The notes under the pieces were generated by a model. It saw only the letters and a list, made by a program, of their open reading frames with translations, searched no databases and was not told the DNA's origin. A program made the translations under genes and the position numbers. From the IMG/VR virus record IMGVR_UViG_3300030012_003600: a stretch of DNA of 64,000 nucleotides; one strand, given 5' to 3'. How positions within the stretch are numbered: the stretch's first letter is position 1; every line of letters begins with the position of its first letter. Source of the stretch: an uncultured virus (IMG/VR IMGVR_UViG_3300030012_003600) (Duplodnaviria > Heunggongvirae > Uroviricota > Caudoviricetes). Of the stretch, positions 40,374 through 50,564 are shown in pieces.

Positions 40374-40594
40374 TGGATTTAGATGGTCAAATTAAATTAG
40401 GTCATCTTTTACTTCAGGATAGGAAGTGTAGAGTTTGTGGAGAAACTAAAAATTTAGTTGAAGGATTTTATAGAACAAGAAAAAGTAGAGGACCTGTAGC
40501 ATCGTCATATTCTTATGAATGCAAAGAATGCACGATTAAAAGAGTGATTAAAAATAAAAAATCAGATAACCTGTGGGAGTATCCAGATTGGTAG
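40373..40594 (+). CDS. 73-aa zinc-ribbon protein (CxxC...CxxC)
   Basis: TAATG coupling at 40373; RKCRVCGETK...YECKEC. Confidence 0.7.
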   Translation: MDLDGQIKLGHLLLQDRKCRVCGETKNLVEGFYRTRKSRGPVASSYSYECKECTIKRVIKNKKSDNLWEYPDW

Positions 40595-40630
40595 TTCACG
40601 TCACGTTTCCCCTCTGAAAACATTGCTTTT

Positions 40631-40638
40631 AATAAATA
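40631..40638 (+). promoter_or_regulatory. late promoter
   Basis: AATAAATA upstream of gp18. Confidence 0.65.
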
Positions 40639-40671
40639 TTTTCAGATAAACTGAGCATTACGGAGAAGAAC

Positions 40672-42879
40672 ATGGCGACTCCTCAATTATCTCCTGGAGT
40701 ATTGGTAAGGGAGGTTGACCTAACAGTAGGAAGAGCTGATAATGTATTAGATAACATTGGTGCCATTGCTGGTCCATTTGAAATTGGTCCTATTGATGAA
40801 CCTACCAATATTACAACAGAGCAAGAATTAATTAACACCTTTGGGCAACCACTGTCCACCGATACTCAGTATGAGTACTGGATGAGTGCATCGAACTATC
40901 TTTCTTATGGAGGAGTTCTGAAGGTCGTTAGAACAGATGATACTAATCTCAACAATGCAAATGCTGGTGTTGGCATCGGTTCTACCACTTCACTGAAGAT
41001 TAAAAACTTTGACGATTACGAAGCAAATTATAAGACTGCAACTAACTACACTTATGCAGCAAAGAACCCTGGAACCTGGGCAACAGGTCTGAAAGTTTGC
41101 TACATCGATGATTTTGCCGATCAAACTGTTGGTATTGCAACAACCAGTTTGGCAAACATGGGTGCTGAAATCGGTTTTGGTGTTACTGCAAGACTCGATA
41201 ATGCAGTCGTTCCTGGTGCAGGATCCACTAGTGGATTTACCGGATTCTTAAAAGGAATTATCGTTGGTCTGAACACAGATGCAACTGGTGGAAACAGCAC
41301 CATGGATGTTAAGGTTGTTTCGAGAGTAGAAACTGTTGGTGGAGGATCAACTGAAACTAAGATTGATTACTCTGAAGGAACTACTTTTGCGGCATTTGGA
41401 ACATCTGTAGCACTTGATATTGTTAATAACTCTGGTGTTAATACAACAGGACTTCAAGCTACAAGACATACTCCAGTAACTGCAATTGATTGGTATGATC
41501 AACAGACTCTTAGTTTGACAAACTCAACTATTTTCTGGAAGTCGATTGCACCAAGACCTACTTCAAATGTCTATGTTACCGATAGAAACGGTAAAAATGA
41601 CGGTATTCATATTGCAGTTGTTGATGATACTGGTTCAGTGACTGGTATTAAAGGTAACCTTCTTGAAAAGCACGTCAACCTGTCTAAAGCAGGAGATGCA
41701 ATTTCTGCAGTTAACGCACCACAAAGAACATATTACAAGGATTACCTTGCAGAGTTCTCTGCAAACATCTATGCTGGATATAACCCATCACAAGCAATTG
41801 ATGCACATCATGGCACCAGTCCCGTAGCATCAGGTTTCTCAACTGACTTTACACCTGTCACAACTGGTGATGGATTGTTTGGTCAAGACGCACAAGACGT
41901 AACGTTTACTGTTCTTGGTAACGTATCTTATACCTTTGGTGGTGGTGTTGATTATTCTGCAAACAAAGGTGCTAAAGCAGAACTTTCAAATATCATTACT
42001 TCATATGGACTCTTTGCTAACAAAGATGAAATTGAAGTTGATTTCTTGATTATGGGTCCTGGTTGCGAAACTGAGGCTGAATCTCAGGCAAAAGCAAACT
42101 ATTTGATTTCTCTTGCAAATGAAAGAAAGGACTGTATGGCAGTAGTTGGTCCTCACAGAACTAACTTAGTTAATATTACTAATACAAATACTCAGACTAA
42201 TAATCTGATTAATTACTTTAGTTCACTGTCATCCTCATCATATTGTGTATTTGATAGTGGATACAAGTATCAATATGATAGATTTAATAATGAATTCCGT
42301 TATCTTCCATGTAACGCGGACGTTGCTGGTTTGATGGTTCGCACCAACATTACATCATTCCCTTGGTTCTCACCTGCTGGACAATCTAGAGGTGTTATTA
42401 ACAATGCAATTAAACTTGCATATAATCCAACCAAGGCACAAAGAGATCGTCTTTATCCTGCAAGAATTAACTCCTTTATTACCACACCTGGTGTAGGAAC
42501 ACTTCTCTTCGGTGATAAGACAGGTCTTGGTCATCAATCTGCATTCGACAGAATTAATGTTCGTCGTTTGTTCTTGACGATTGAACAAGCACTGCAAAGA
42601 GCAGCAGAAGCACAACTCTTTGAACTCAATGATGAGTTGACAAGAGCAAACTTCAGAAACATTGTTGAACCTTATCTTCGTGATATTGAAGCAAAGAGAG
42701 GACTTTTTGGATTCCTGGTTATTTGCGACAGCACGAATAACACTCCTGATGTTATTGATAATAATGAGTTCAGAGCAGACATCTTCCTGAAGCCTGCTAA
42801 GTCCATCAACTTTATTACTCTTACCTTTGTTGCTACCAGAACTGGCATCAGTTTTGAAGAAGTAGCAGGCAGAGTTTGA
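40672..42879 (+). CDS. gp18: tail sheath protein gp18
   Basis: LSPGVLVREVDLT, PWFSPAG, FGDKT, AFDRINVRRLF, KPAKSINFITL. Confidence 0.97.
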   Translation: MATPQLSPGVLVREVDLTVGRADNVLDNIGAIAGPFEIGPIDEPTNITTEQELINTFGQPLSTDTQYEYWMSASNYLSYGGVLKVVRTDDTNLNNANAGVGIGSTTSLKIKNFDDYEANYKTATNYTYAAKNPGTWATGLKVCYIDDFADQTVGIATTSLANMGAEIGFGVTARLDNAVVPGAGSTSGFTGFLKGIIVGLNTDATGGNSTMDVKVVSRVETVGGGSTETKIDYSEGTTFAAFGTSVALDIVNNSGVNTTGLQATRHTPVTAIDWYDQQTLSLTNSTIFWKSIAPRPTSNVYVTDRNGKNDGIHIAVVDDTGSVTGIKGNLLEKHVNLSKAGDAISAVNAPQRTYYKDYLAEFSANIYAGYNPSQAIDAHHGTSPVASGFSTDFTPVTTGDGLFGQDAQDVTFTVLGNVSYTFGGGVDYSANKGAKAELSNIITSYGLFANKDEIEVDFLIMGPGCETEAESQAKANYLISLANERKDCMAVVGPHRTNLVNITNTNTQTNNLINYFSSLSSSSYCVFDSGYKYQYDRFNNEFRYLPCNADVAGLMVRTNITSFPWFSPAGQSRGVINNAIKLAYNPTKAQRDRLYPARINSFITTPGVGTLLFGDKTGLGHQSAFDRINVRRLFLTIEQALQRAAEAQLFELNDELTRANFRNIVEPYLRDIEAKRGLFGFLVICDSTNNTPDVIDNNEFRADIFLKPAKSINFITLTFVATRTGISFEEVAGRV

Positions 42880-42914
42880 TATTAATATCTAAATAACAAA
42901 AGGAGGATACAAAA

Positions 42915-43508
42915 ATGCCACACAGACTTTCGGACTTTAAAAAGGCACTCGCATTCGGGGGTGCCCGTCCCAATTTATTTGAAGTACAAATAAACGCTGG
43001 TAATTTACCAACTAGTGTTCACAAATTTGATGAACCTAATTTCACAATGCTTTGTAAAGCAGCACAACTTCCTGCATCTAACGTAGCATCAATTGATGTT
43101 CCTTTTAGAGGTAGAACATTTAAAGTTGCTGGTGATCGTACCTTTGACACTTGGACAATCACTATCATTAACGATAATGACTTTGACATTAGAAAATCCA
43201 TGGAAGAATGGATGCAATTCGTTGCACAATATGAGGATGGTTCTGGTGCAACCACTCCTCAAACTTATATGAGAGATGCAATTGTTTCTCAACTTGGAAG
43301 AAAAAAATCCAAAATTGGAAGTGGAACCGATAATGCACATGGAGATGGTCTTGAAAAAGTAAAAACTTATGTTTTTAAAGACATTTTTCCAACTAATGTT
43401 TCTGCAATCGATCTTTCATTCGATAGTTCAGATACTATTGAAGAATTCACTGTTGAATTCCAAGTTCAATATTGGTATCCAGCACCAGAAAACGCACCAG
43501 CTGGTTGA
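42915..43508 (+). CDS. gp19: tail tube protein gp19
   Basis: GGARPNLFEV, FRGRTFKVAGDRTFDTW, IEEFTVEFQVQYW. Confidence 0.96.
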   Translation: MPHRLSDFKKALAFGGARPNLFEVQINAGNLPTSVHKFDEPNFTMLCKAAQLPASNVASIDVPFRGRTFKVAGDRTFDTWTITIINDNDFDIRKSMEEWMQFVAQYEDGSGATTPQTYMRDAIVSQLGRKKSKIGSGTDNAHGDGLEKVKTYVFKDIFPTNVSAIDLSFDSSDTIEEFTVEFQVQYWYPAPENAPAG

Positions 43509-43510
43509 TC

Positions 43511-43518
43511 TATAAATA
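43511..43518 (+). promoter_or_regulatory. late promoter TATAAATA
   Basis: Exact T4 late consensus upstream of gp20. Confidence 0.8.
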
Positions 43519-43544
43519 ATACAGATCAAAGTCAGTTTTAAATA

Positions 43545-45209
43545 ATGGCAAAATTGTTTGGGTTCTCACTTGAGGACAACGAACCACTATCTCCTGGAGC
43601 AGTCAGTCCCGTTCCTCCTAACAATGAGGATGGGTCTGACCACTACATGAGTAGTGGTTTTTTTGGTTCTTATGTTGATATTGAAGGTGTATACCGCACT
43701 GAGTTTGATTTAATTAAAAGATATCGTGAAATGTCACTTCATCCTGAAGCGGACAGTGCTATTGAAGATATTGTAAATGAAGCAGTTGTTTCTGATTCAA
43801 ACGACAGTCCTGTAGAAATTGAACTGTCAAATCTTAATGCTAGTGATGGCATTAAAAATAAAATTCGTAAAGAGTTTAAACATATTCTTGATCTTTTAGA
43901 TTTTGATAAAAAAGCACATGAAATTTATCGTAACTGGTATATTGACGGTCGCATTTATTATCATAAAATAATTGATCTGAAGAATCCTCAAGAAGGTATT
44001 CAAGAACTTCGTTATATTGACGCAATGAAAATGCGTTATGTCAGACAACAAAAGAAAAAGTCTGGAGAACAGGGAGCAAGAGCAGTAGCACAACTCAAGA
44101 GTGATAATCCAATGGATTATGACTTCCCTGAGATTGAAGAGTACTTCATCTATAATCCTAAGTCAGTATATCCTACTGGCAACCCAATGCAAACTGGTGC
44201 ATCACAAGGTATTAAAATTGCAAAAGATGCAATTACATATTGCACTTCTGGTCTTGTAGATAGAAATAAGGGATCAACTCTTTCATATCTTCACAAAGCA
44301 ATTAAGTCTCTTAATCAATTAAGAATGATTGAAGACTCTCTGGTTATCTATCGTTTAAGTAGAGCACCAGAACGTAGAATTTTTTACATTGATGTTGGTA
44401 ATCTGCCTAAGGTTAAGGCAGAGCAGTACCTTCGTGATGTAATGACTCGTTATCGTAATAAACTTGTTTATGATGCAAATACAGGAGAGATCCGTGATGA
44501 CAAAAAATACATGGCAATGCTCGAAGATTTCTGGCTTCCCAGACGTGAGGGTGGAAGAGGAACTGAAATCTCCACTCTCCCTGGCGGACAAAACCTGGGT
44601 GAAATCACTGATATTGAGTATTTTAAAAAGAAACTCTACCGTTCACTTAACGTCCCTCCATCACGAATGGATGGCGAAGGTGGGTTTAACTTGGGGAGAT
44701 CTTCTGAGATCTTGAGAGATGAACTTAAGTTCACTAAGTTTGTTGGTCGTTTGAGAAAAAGATTCTCCAACATGTTTAATGATATGCTGAAGACTCAATT
44801 AATCCTAAAGAATGTAATTACTCCAGAAGATTGGGAGGTCATGAGTGAGCATATTCAGTATGATTTTCTCTATGATAATCACTTCTCTGAACTCAAGGAA
44901 GCAGAACTTCTGAATGAGAGACTAACTCTTGCTCAGACTGCACAACCTTATATTGGTAAGTATTACTCTCAAGATTATGTTCGTCGTAAAATTTTGCGTC
45001 AAACAGATATGGAGATTATTGAACAGGATAAATTAATTGCAAAAGAAATCAAAGATGGTGTAATTCCAGATCCCGCAACAGTAGATCCAGAAACTGGTAT
45101 GCCTTTAGATAGTGCAGCAAGTATGGATCTCGGAAAACCTCAAATGGAACCTGAAGTAGACGGATCTGCAACAGAGGCACCAGAACTTCCCAAGGGTGGG
45201 GAAATATAA
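43545..45209 (+). CDS. gp20: portal protein gp20
   Basis: YRLSRAPERRIFYIDVGNLPK, EDFWLPRREGGRGTEI. Confidence 0.98.
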   Translation: MAKLFGFSLEDNEPLSPGAVSPVPPNNEDGSDHYMSSGFFGSYVDIEGVYRTEFDLIKRYREMSLHPEADSAIEDIVNEAVVSDSNDSPVEIELSNLNASDGIKNKIRKEFKHILDLLDFDKKAHEIYRNWYIDGRIYYHKIIDLKNPQEGIQELRYIDAMKMRYVRQQKKKSGEQGARAVAQLKSDNPMDYDFPEIEEYFIYNPKSVYPTGNPMQTGASQGIKIAKDAITYCTSGLVDRNKGSTLSYLHKAIKSLNQLRMIEDSLVIYRLSRAPERRIFYIDVGNLPKVKAEQYLRDVMTRYRNKLVYDANTGEIRDDKKYMAMLEDFWLPRREGGRGTEISTLPGGQNLGEITDIEYFKKKLYRSLNVPPSRMDGEGGFNLGRSSEILRDELKFTKFVGRLRKRFSNMFNDMLKTQLILKNVITPEDWEVMSEHIQYDFLYDNHFSELKEAELLNERLTLAQTAQPYIGKYYSQDYVRRKILRQTDMEIIEQDKLIAKEIKDGVIPDPATVDPETGMPLDSAASMDLGKPQMEPEVDGSATEAPELPKGGEI

Positions 45210-45212
45210 ATA
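45205..45212 (+). promoter_or_regulatory. late promoter TATAAATA
   Basis: Exact consensus overlapping the gp20 stop. Confidence 0.75.
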
Positions 45213-45237
45213 ATTTTACCGTTTATTTTAAAATTTA

Positions 45238-45426
45238 ATGGAAGAACTTTTAGATATGATTACTGCTGATGAATCACCTTCCCAAATCAGTGATAAAATC
45301 AAAGATATACTTTTTGCAAAGTCATCAGAAAGAGTTGATGCATTTCGTCCTATGGTAGCAGATTCTGTTTTTACCGGACAAGATACTGTTGAAGTAGAAG
45401 ACGAAGATACTTCTGAGCAAGAGTAA
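45238..45426 (+). CDS. small acidic prohead core protein (gp67-like position)
   Basis: Directly after portal, acidic, 62 aa. Confidence 0.6.
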   Translation: MEELLDMITADESPSQISDKIKDILFAKSSERVDAFRPMVADSVFTGQDTVEVEDEDTSEQE

Positions 45427-45427
45427 T

Positions 45428-45435
45428 TATAAATA
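45428..45435 (+). promoter_or_regulatory. late promoter TATAAATA
   Basis: Exact consensus upstream of ATG 45461. Confidence 0.75.
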
Positions 45436-45460
45436 ACTACTAAATGAACATTAGACTATA

Positions 45461-46018
45461 ATGGCTGTCCATCAAGGTATAGGTACTGTTACTACCTTAA
45501 CAACTAGTGGAACCTCTGCTAGAAGTGGTGCTATTGCACATAAAAGTGATTCTCTAAGATTTGTTGCTGTCTCACAAGGACATCATGTTGCAATTGGTAC
45601 TTTACCTACTGGAAGCACCACTGATTATTATATTCCAAGTGGGGGAGAAGCAATTCTTTCAATCGGAAGACCAGCATCTCAAAGAGTAGTAAATGTTATT
45701 GTTGGAACTGCAACAACGATTGATTTTCCAGAAGGAACTGGATCACCATTTGCTGTTGGTGATGCAGTCACCCTTACAGTAACTGGTCAATCAGATTTTG
45801 ATTTTGAGCACAAAATTGTATCATCTGTTGATACTAGTGCTGGAGTTAGTGGATATTTCAGTACAAGAATTACTGTAGATCATAATTCATCATCAGTTAG
45901 TGAAGCATTTAATCCAGCATATGCAGAATTAAGAGGTTCGTTAATGGTTGCTGCGAGAACTGATTCTGGATCAGGAAAACTTTATGTCCAACAAGTTCAA
46001 GTTACAGGAGCAGCATAA
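45461..46018 (+). CDS. putative virion structural protein, 185 aa
   Basis: Late promoter, G/T/S/V-rich beta composition, coupled to gp21. Confidence 0.7.
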   Translation: MAVHQGIGTVTTLTTSGTSARSGAIAHKSDSLRFVAVSQGHHVAIGTLPTGSTTDYYIPSGGEAILSIGRPASQRVVNVIVGTATTIDFPEGTGSPFAVGDAVTLTVTGQSDFDFEHKIVSSVDTSAGVSGYFSTRITVDHNSSSVSEAFNPAYAELRGSLMVAARTDSGSGKLYVQQVQVTGAA

Positions 46019-46668
46019 TGAAACTTATTAGAGAAGAAATCGAATCAGTAGAATTTCTTGTCGAACAAAAGAACGGCAAGAAATCAATGTATATCGAAGG
46101 AGTTTTTCTTCAGGGAAACATCAAAAACCGTAATGGTCGTATGTATCCTATGGAAACTCTTCGTAAGGAAGTTTCTCGATATAACGAAAATCATGTTCAG
46201 TCAGGTAGAGCACTTGGTGAACTCGGTCATCCAGATGGTCCAACCGTCAATCTTGATCGTGTCTCACATAAGATTGTTTCTCTGAAAGAATCTGGTTCTA
46301 ATTTTGTTGGCAAAGCAAAGATCTTAAGTACCCCAATGGGTAAGATTGCATCTTCTTTGATTGAAGAGGGAGTTAAACTTGGAGTTTCTTCTAGAGGTAT
46401 TGGTTCACTAAAAATGACTCGTGAAGGTGTTAATATTGTTGGTGATGATTTTATGTTGGCAACTGCTGCTGATATCGTTGCTGATCCCTCTGCTCCCGAT
46501 GCATTTGTTGAAGGAATTATGGAAGGAAAAGAATGGGTATGGGATGGAGGAATCCTTCGTGAAAAGTATGCAGCAAAAACATACAAAGAAATCAATACTC
46601 TTGTAACTCAAAAACAACTTGACGAGAAAAAGTTAGATCTCTTTAACAATTTTCTCAACAATCTTTGA
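46018..46668 (+). CDS. gp21: prohead protease gp21
   Basis: MKLIRE, NRNGRMYP, ALGELGHP, GVSSRGIGS, DIVADPSAPDAFV. Confidence 0.97.
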   Translation: MKLIREEIESVEFLVEQKNGKKSMYIEGVFLQGNIKNRNGRMYPMETLRKEVSRYNENHVQSGRALGELGHPDGPTVNLDRVSHKIVSLKESGSNFVGKAKILSTPMGKIASSLIEEGVKLGVSSRGIGSLKMTREGVNIVGDDFMLATAADIVADPSAPDAFVEGIMEGKEWVWDGGILREKYAAKTYKEINTLVTQKQLDEKKLDLFNNFLNNL

Positions 46669-46691
46669 AGTATTGATAAAGTTTATTAATT

Positions 46692-46699
46692 TATAAATA
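46692..46699 (+). promoter_or_regulatory. late promoter TATAAATA
   Basis: Exact consensus upstream of gp22. Confidence 0.8.
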
Positions 46700-46735
46700 A
46701 ATATAGTTTTAAATACGGAAAACCGGAGAGTTCAA

Positions 46736-47833
46736 ATGTCTAGTGACAAAAATTTACAGGAAATGGAAGCAGGCACTAAGCAATCCAGAACTGCTGTAAA
46801 TGCTGGAGCAAAAGCTGCTGATCCTATGCCTACAATGGCAGATCCTGGCACTCAGTTAGCAGGTGTAGAAGATCTTGGTGGTCCTACCCCCGAGAACTAT
46901 AAGCCCGACGACGATTCTGCGAAACTTAAGACCCCTGGTGGTACTCTTAAGCAAGTTAAGGATGTAGTAAACAAAGGAGCAAAAGCAGCAGACCCAATGA
47001 AAGGCATGAAGGAAGAAGAAGAACTTTCTACTGAAGAAACCATTGAAGAGGAAGAAGTTACTACTGATGAAGTAGTTGCTGAAACAGAAGAAACTGTTGA
47101 GTATGACGTTGAAGAAGACGTTAATGCTCTCCTCGGTGGTGAAGAACTTTCCGAAGAATTTAAAGAAAAAGCAAAAACCATCTTTGAAGCAGCAATTAAT
47201 GCTAAAGTTGCCGAAATCAAAGAAGGTCTAGAAGCACAGTATCAAGAAAAACTGTCTGAAGAAATCGAAGCAGCAAAAGAATCACTCGCAGAACGTGTTG
47301 ATTCTTATCTTGAGTATGTTGCTGACGAGTGGTTTGAAGAGAATGCACTCGCAGTTGAAGCTGGTCTTAAGACTGAAATGACCGAATCATTCCTCGAAGG
47401 AATGAAGGGTCTTTTTGAAGAACATTATGTATCAATCCCTGAAGAAAAATATGATGTGCTTGAGAGCATGGTAGAAAAACTTGATGATATGGAGACAAAA
47501 CTCAACGAGCAGATCGAAAGAAATATCTCCCTCAACAAGAGACTCGCAGAGTCGGTTGCTGATGGAATCTTAGATCAAGTATCCGAAGGTCTTGCACAGA
47601 CACAGAAGGAGAAACTCGCTTCACTTTCCGAAAGTGTAGAGTTTGAAAGTGAGACAGAATATCGTGAAAAGCTGGAGACACTTAAGGAGTCATATTTCTC
47701 CTCTAAACCACAGTCTTCCACTGCTAAATCTGAAACCCTCTCTGAGGGAGTAGATCATTCTGGAACTGAGTCTTACTCTGATTCCATGACTGCTTATCTC
47801 AGAACCCTGGGTTCTTTTGGCAAGCAAAACTGA
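46736..47833 (+). CDS. gp22: prohead core scaffold gp22
   Basis: LSEEFKEKAKTIFEAA, VDSYLEYVADEW, Glu-rich coiled coil; between gp21 and gp23. Confidence 0.95.
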   Translation: MSSDKNLQEMEAGTKQSRTAVNAGAKAADPMPTMADPGTQLAGVEDLGGPTPENYKPDDDSAKLKTPGGTLKQVKDVVNKGAKAADPMKGMKEEEELSTEETIEEEEVTTDEVVAETEETVEYDVEEDVNALLGGEELSEEFKEKAKTIFEAAINAKVAEIKEGLEAQYQEKLSEEIEAAKESLAERVDSYLEYVADEWFEENALAVEAGLKTEMTESFLEGMKGLFEEHYVSIPEEKYDVLESMVEKLDDMETKLNEQIERNISLNKRLAESVADGILDQVSEGLAQTQKEKLASLSESVEFESETEYREKLETLKESYFSSKPQSSTAKSETLSEGVDHSGTESYSDSMTAYLRTLGSFGKQN

Positions 47834-47877
47834 ATTTAACATTAAACAAACACTAAACTTTTATAGGTAAAAAGCAA

Positions 47878-49296
47878 ATGTTCCAATCCGAACAGTTGCA
47901 GGAAAAGTGGGCACCCCTTCTTAATGCTGAAGGATGCGAAGAAATCAAAGATTCTCATCGTAGAGCCGTAACCGCTGTCCTGCTCGAAAACCAAGAAAAA
48001 TTCCTTCGTGAGCAATCTGCCTTCAACGAAGGTGGAATGCTTACTGAGCAACCCACAAACCAAGTAGGTAACGGTGGATTCACCGGTTCTTCTGCTGCTG
48101 CAGGTCCTACCGCAGGTTTCGATCCCGTTCTGATCTCCTTGATCAGACGTTCTATGCCTAACTTGGTCGCATATGACCTCGCAGGTGTTCAACCAATGTC
48201 TGGTCCTACCGGACTAATCTTTGCAATGCGTTCCCGCTACACTAATCAGAGTGGCACTGAGACCTTCTTCAACGAAGTAGACTCTGCATTCTCTGGTCAG
48301 GACAAGGGATCCGACCTCACCAATGGTTTCGCAGACGCAGACGCAGGTATTGGTACTAATTCTCAGGCAGGAACCAATCCTTCTGTTCTGAACCCCGTTG
48401 GCTCTGCAACTTCCACCGCATACAACGTTGGTGGTGGTATGCGTACAGACGACGCAGAATCTCTTGATGGCACCGGTAATGATGCCTTCAACCAGATGGC
48501 ATTCTCGATTGAGAAAGTCACTGTTACTGCGAAATCCAGAGCACTGAAGGCAGAGTACTCCTTAGAACTGGCACAAGACCTGAAGGCAATTCACGGTCTG
48601 AATGCCGAAGCAGAACTTGCTAACATTCTCTCAACTGAAATCCTTGCGGAAATCAACAGAGAAGTCATCAGAACAATCTACAAGGTTGCTGAGCAAGGTG
48701 CTGTTTCTAACACCGCAACTGCTGGTGAGTTCGATCTCGACATCGACTCTAACGGACGTTGGAGTGTTGAGAAGTTCAAGGGTCTTCTGTTCCAAATCGA
48801 GAGAGATGCGAACGCAATCGCACAAAGAACTCGTAGAGGGAAGGGCAACATCATCATGTGCTCTGCAGACGTTGCTTCTGCATTGACCATGGCTGGTGTG
48901 CTCGACTACACCCCTGCACTCAACGCAAACCTGACCGTTGATGACACCGGTAACACCTTCGCTGGTGTTCTGCAAGGTAAGTATCGTGTATACATCGATC
49001 CTTATTCTGCAAACCTGTCTGCTGCTAATGCTGCTACCAACTCTGGTAATCAGTATTATGTTGTCGGTTACAAAGGTTCTTCACCTTACGACGCAGGTCT
49101 GTTCTATTGCCCATATGTTCCCCTCCAGATGGTTCGTGCCGTTGGAGAGAACTCCTTCCAGCCCAAGATTGGATTCAAGACTCGTTATGGTCTTGTTTCC
49201 AACCCATTTGCAGAAGGAGTTACTCAGGGTCTCGGAAGACTCCGTGTCAACAGCAACCGTTACTACAGAAGAGTTGCTGTCAAGAACCTCATGTGA
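47878..49296 (+). CDS. gp23: major capsid protein gp23
   Basis: GVQPMSGPTGLIFAMR, KSRALKAEYS.ELAQDLKAIHGL, FQPKIGFKTRYG. Confidence 0.99.
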   Translation: MFQSEQLQEKWAPLLNAEGCEEIKDSHRRAVTAVLLENQEKFLREQSAFNEGGMLTEQPTNQVGNGGFTGSSAAAGPTAGFDPVLISLIRRSMPNLVAYDLAGVQPMSGPTGLIFAMRSRYTNQSGTETFFNEVDSAFSGQDKGSDLTNGFADADAGIGTNSQAGTNPSVLNPVGSATSTAYNVGGGMRTDDAESLDGTGNDAFNQMAFSIEKVTVTAKSRALKAEYSLELAQDLKAIHGLNAEAELANILSTEILAEINREVIRTIYKVAEQGAVSNTATAGEFDLDIDSNGRWSVEKFKGLLFQIERDANAIAQRTRRGKGNIIMCSADVASALTMAGVLDYTPALNANLTVDDTGNTFAGVLQGKYRVYIDPYSANLSAANAATNSGNQYYVVGYKGSSPYDAGLFYCPYVPLQMVRAVGENSFQPKIGFKTRYGLVSNPFAEGVTQGLGRLRVNSNRYYRRVAVKNLM

Positions 49297-49319
49297 TTCA
49301 TACTCACAAGAGTTATCAG

Positions 49320-49346
49320 GAGGGTCCAATCGGACCCTCTTTTTTT
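49320..49346 (+). terminator. intrinsic terminator after gp23
   Basis: GAGGGTCC-aatc-GGACCCTC followed by T7. Confidence 0.9.
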
Positions 49347-49376
49347 ACGCTAAATACTTAAAAATTTCCCAGAGAA

Positions 49377-49568
49377 ATGCCTTACCATATTAAAAAACCA
49401 AGTTTGATTAATTCAAGTGTGACTGTTTATTATGCAGGTAATAGAAGATGGACTGATGATTATTCTGATAGATCCATTTATGAGAATGAATCAGATGCAA
49501 CTAATCTGATGGTAAATAATGATGGAAAAAATGGTGGATGGACTGGTGCTACTGTTGTAAGCGAGTGA
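49377..49568 (+). CDS. hypothetical protein, 63 aa
   Basis: CTAAATA late-like promoter at 49350; ORF fills gap before gp3. Confidence 0.7.
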   Translation: MPYHIKKPSLINSSVTVYYAGNRRWTDDYSDRSIYENESDATNLMVNNDGKNGGWTGATVVSE

Positions 49569-49569
49569 T

Positions 49570-50133
49570 ATGCCAGATACTTCGTCAAGGCAAATAGAAA
49601 ATAGAAATTTTCTTTCTCCTACTGGGTTTCGATTTATTTTAAGAAGAAGTCCCGGAGTTGCTTTTTTCTGCAATGAAGCAAATATTCCATCTTTAGATTT
49701 AGGTATTGCAACTCAATCAACCTATCTAAAGGACATTGATGTACCTGGAGATAAAATACAATTTGGTGATTTAAATCTTAGATTCCTTGTGGATGAAGAT
49801 TTAAAAAATTATATGGAAATTCAAAAATGGATTCGTGGATTGGGATATCCAGAATCAGGCAAAGATATAATTAATCTTCAAAAACTTGGACCCGGAGATA
49901 TTGGTGGACAATACAATAACGAAGGTCTCAATATTTTTTCCGATGCAACCCTACAAATACTAAGTAATAATCTAGTTCCAAAATTTCAAGTCACATTTAA
50001 AGACGTATTTCCTTATTCTTTGTCTACGATTGCATTCGATGCTACAGATACTGACATCGAATACTTTACAGCAGAGGTAAGTTTCAAGTATACTATATAC
50101 AACTTGACAGATTTGGAAAACAATCCTTTATGA
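49570..50133 (+). CDS. gp3: tail completion / tail tube terminator gp3
   Basis: NRNFLSPTGFRF, PGDKIQFGDL..RFLVDEDLKNY, FKDVFP.SLS. Confidence 0.9.
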   Translation: MPDTSSRQIENRNFLSPTGFRFILRRSPGVAFFCNEANIPSLDLGIATQSTYLKDIDVPGDKIQFGDLNLRFLVDEDLKNYMEIQKWIRGLGYPESGKDIINLQKLGPGDIGGQYNNEGLNIFSDATLQILSNNLVPKFQVTFKDVFPYSLSTIAFDATDTDIEYFTAEVSFKYTIYNLTDLENNPL

Positions 50134-50564
50134 TCGATCTTGAAAAACTTCAAGAGATGTGGGAAAAAGACTCAAAGATTGACATGGACAATCTTCATAC
50201 TGAATCTACAAATATTCCCGGTCTCCATGCAAAGTATTTTGAAATGTACAATACTATTTTTTTGATGAGAAAGAAAGCAGAGCAGCAAAGAAAAAACGTA
50301 AGGCACGAAAGGTACGAATATTTTAGTGGAAAAGCAGATCCGGATGTCTATATTGACAAACCTTTTCCCAAAAAAATTAGAGATAAAGATACCATGCAAA
50401 AGTATCTTGACGCAGATGAAAAACTTTCTGCAGTTTCATTAAAGATAGACTATTATGACACTATGCTTGTTTATATTGAAAGTATATTGAAACAAATCAC
50501 TAATAGAACTTATCAAATCAAAAACGCAATAGAATTCATGAGATTTAATGCAGGTTTAGGATAA
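50130..50564 (+). CDS. uvsY: recombination mediator UvsY
   Basis: WEKDSKID, IPGLHAKY, YFSGKA, RTYQIKNAIEFMRF. Confidence 0.92.
   Translation: MIDLEKLQEMWEKDSKIDMDNLHTESTNIPGLHAKYFEMYNTIFLMRKKAEQQRKNVRHERYEYFSGKADPDVYIDKPFPKKIRDKDTMQKYLDADEKLSAVSLKIDYYDTMLVYIESILKQITNRTYQIKNAIEFMRFNAGLG

Noticed and set aside
47842..49393. Several overlapping ORFs within gp23 and higher GC there
   Set aside because: Explained by strong codon bias of a highly expressed gene; not a foreign insertion
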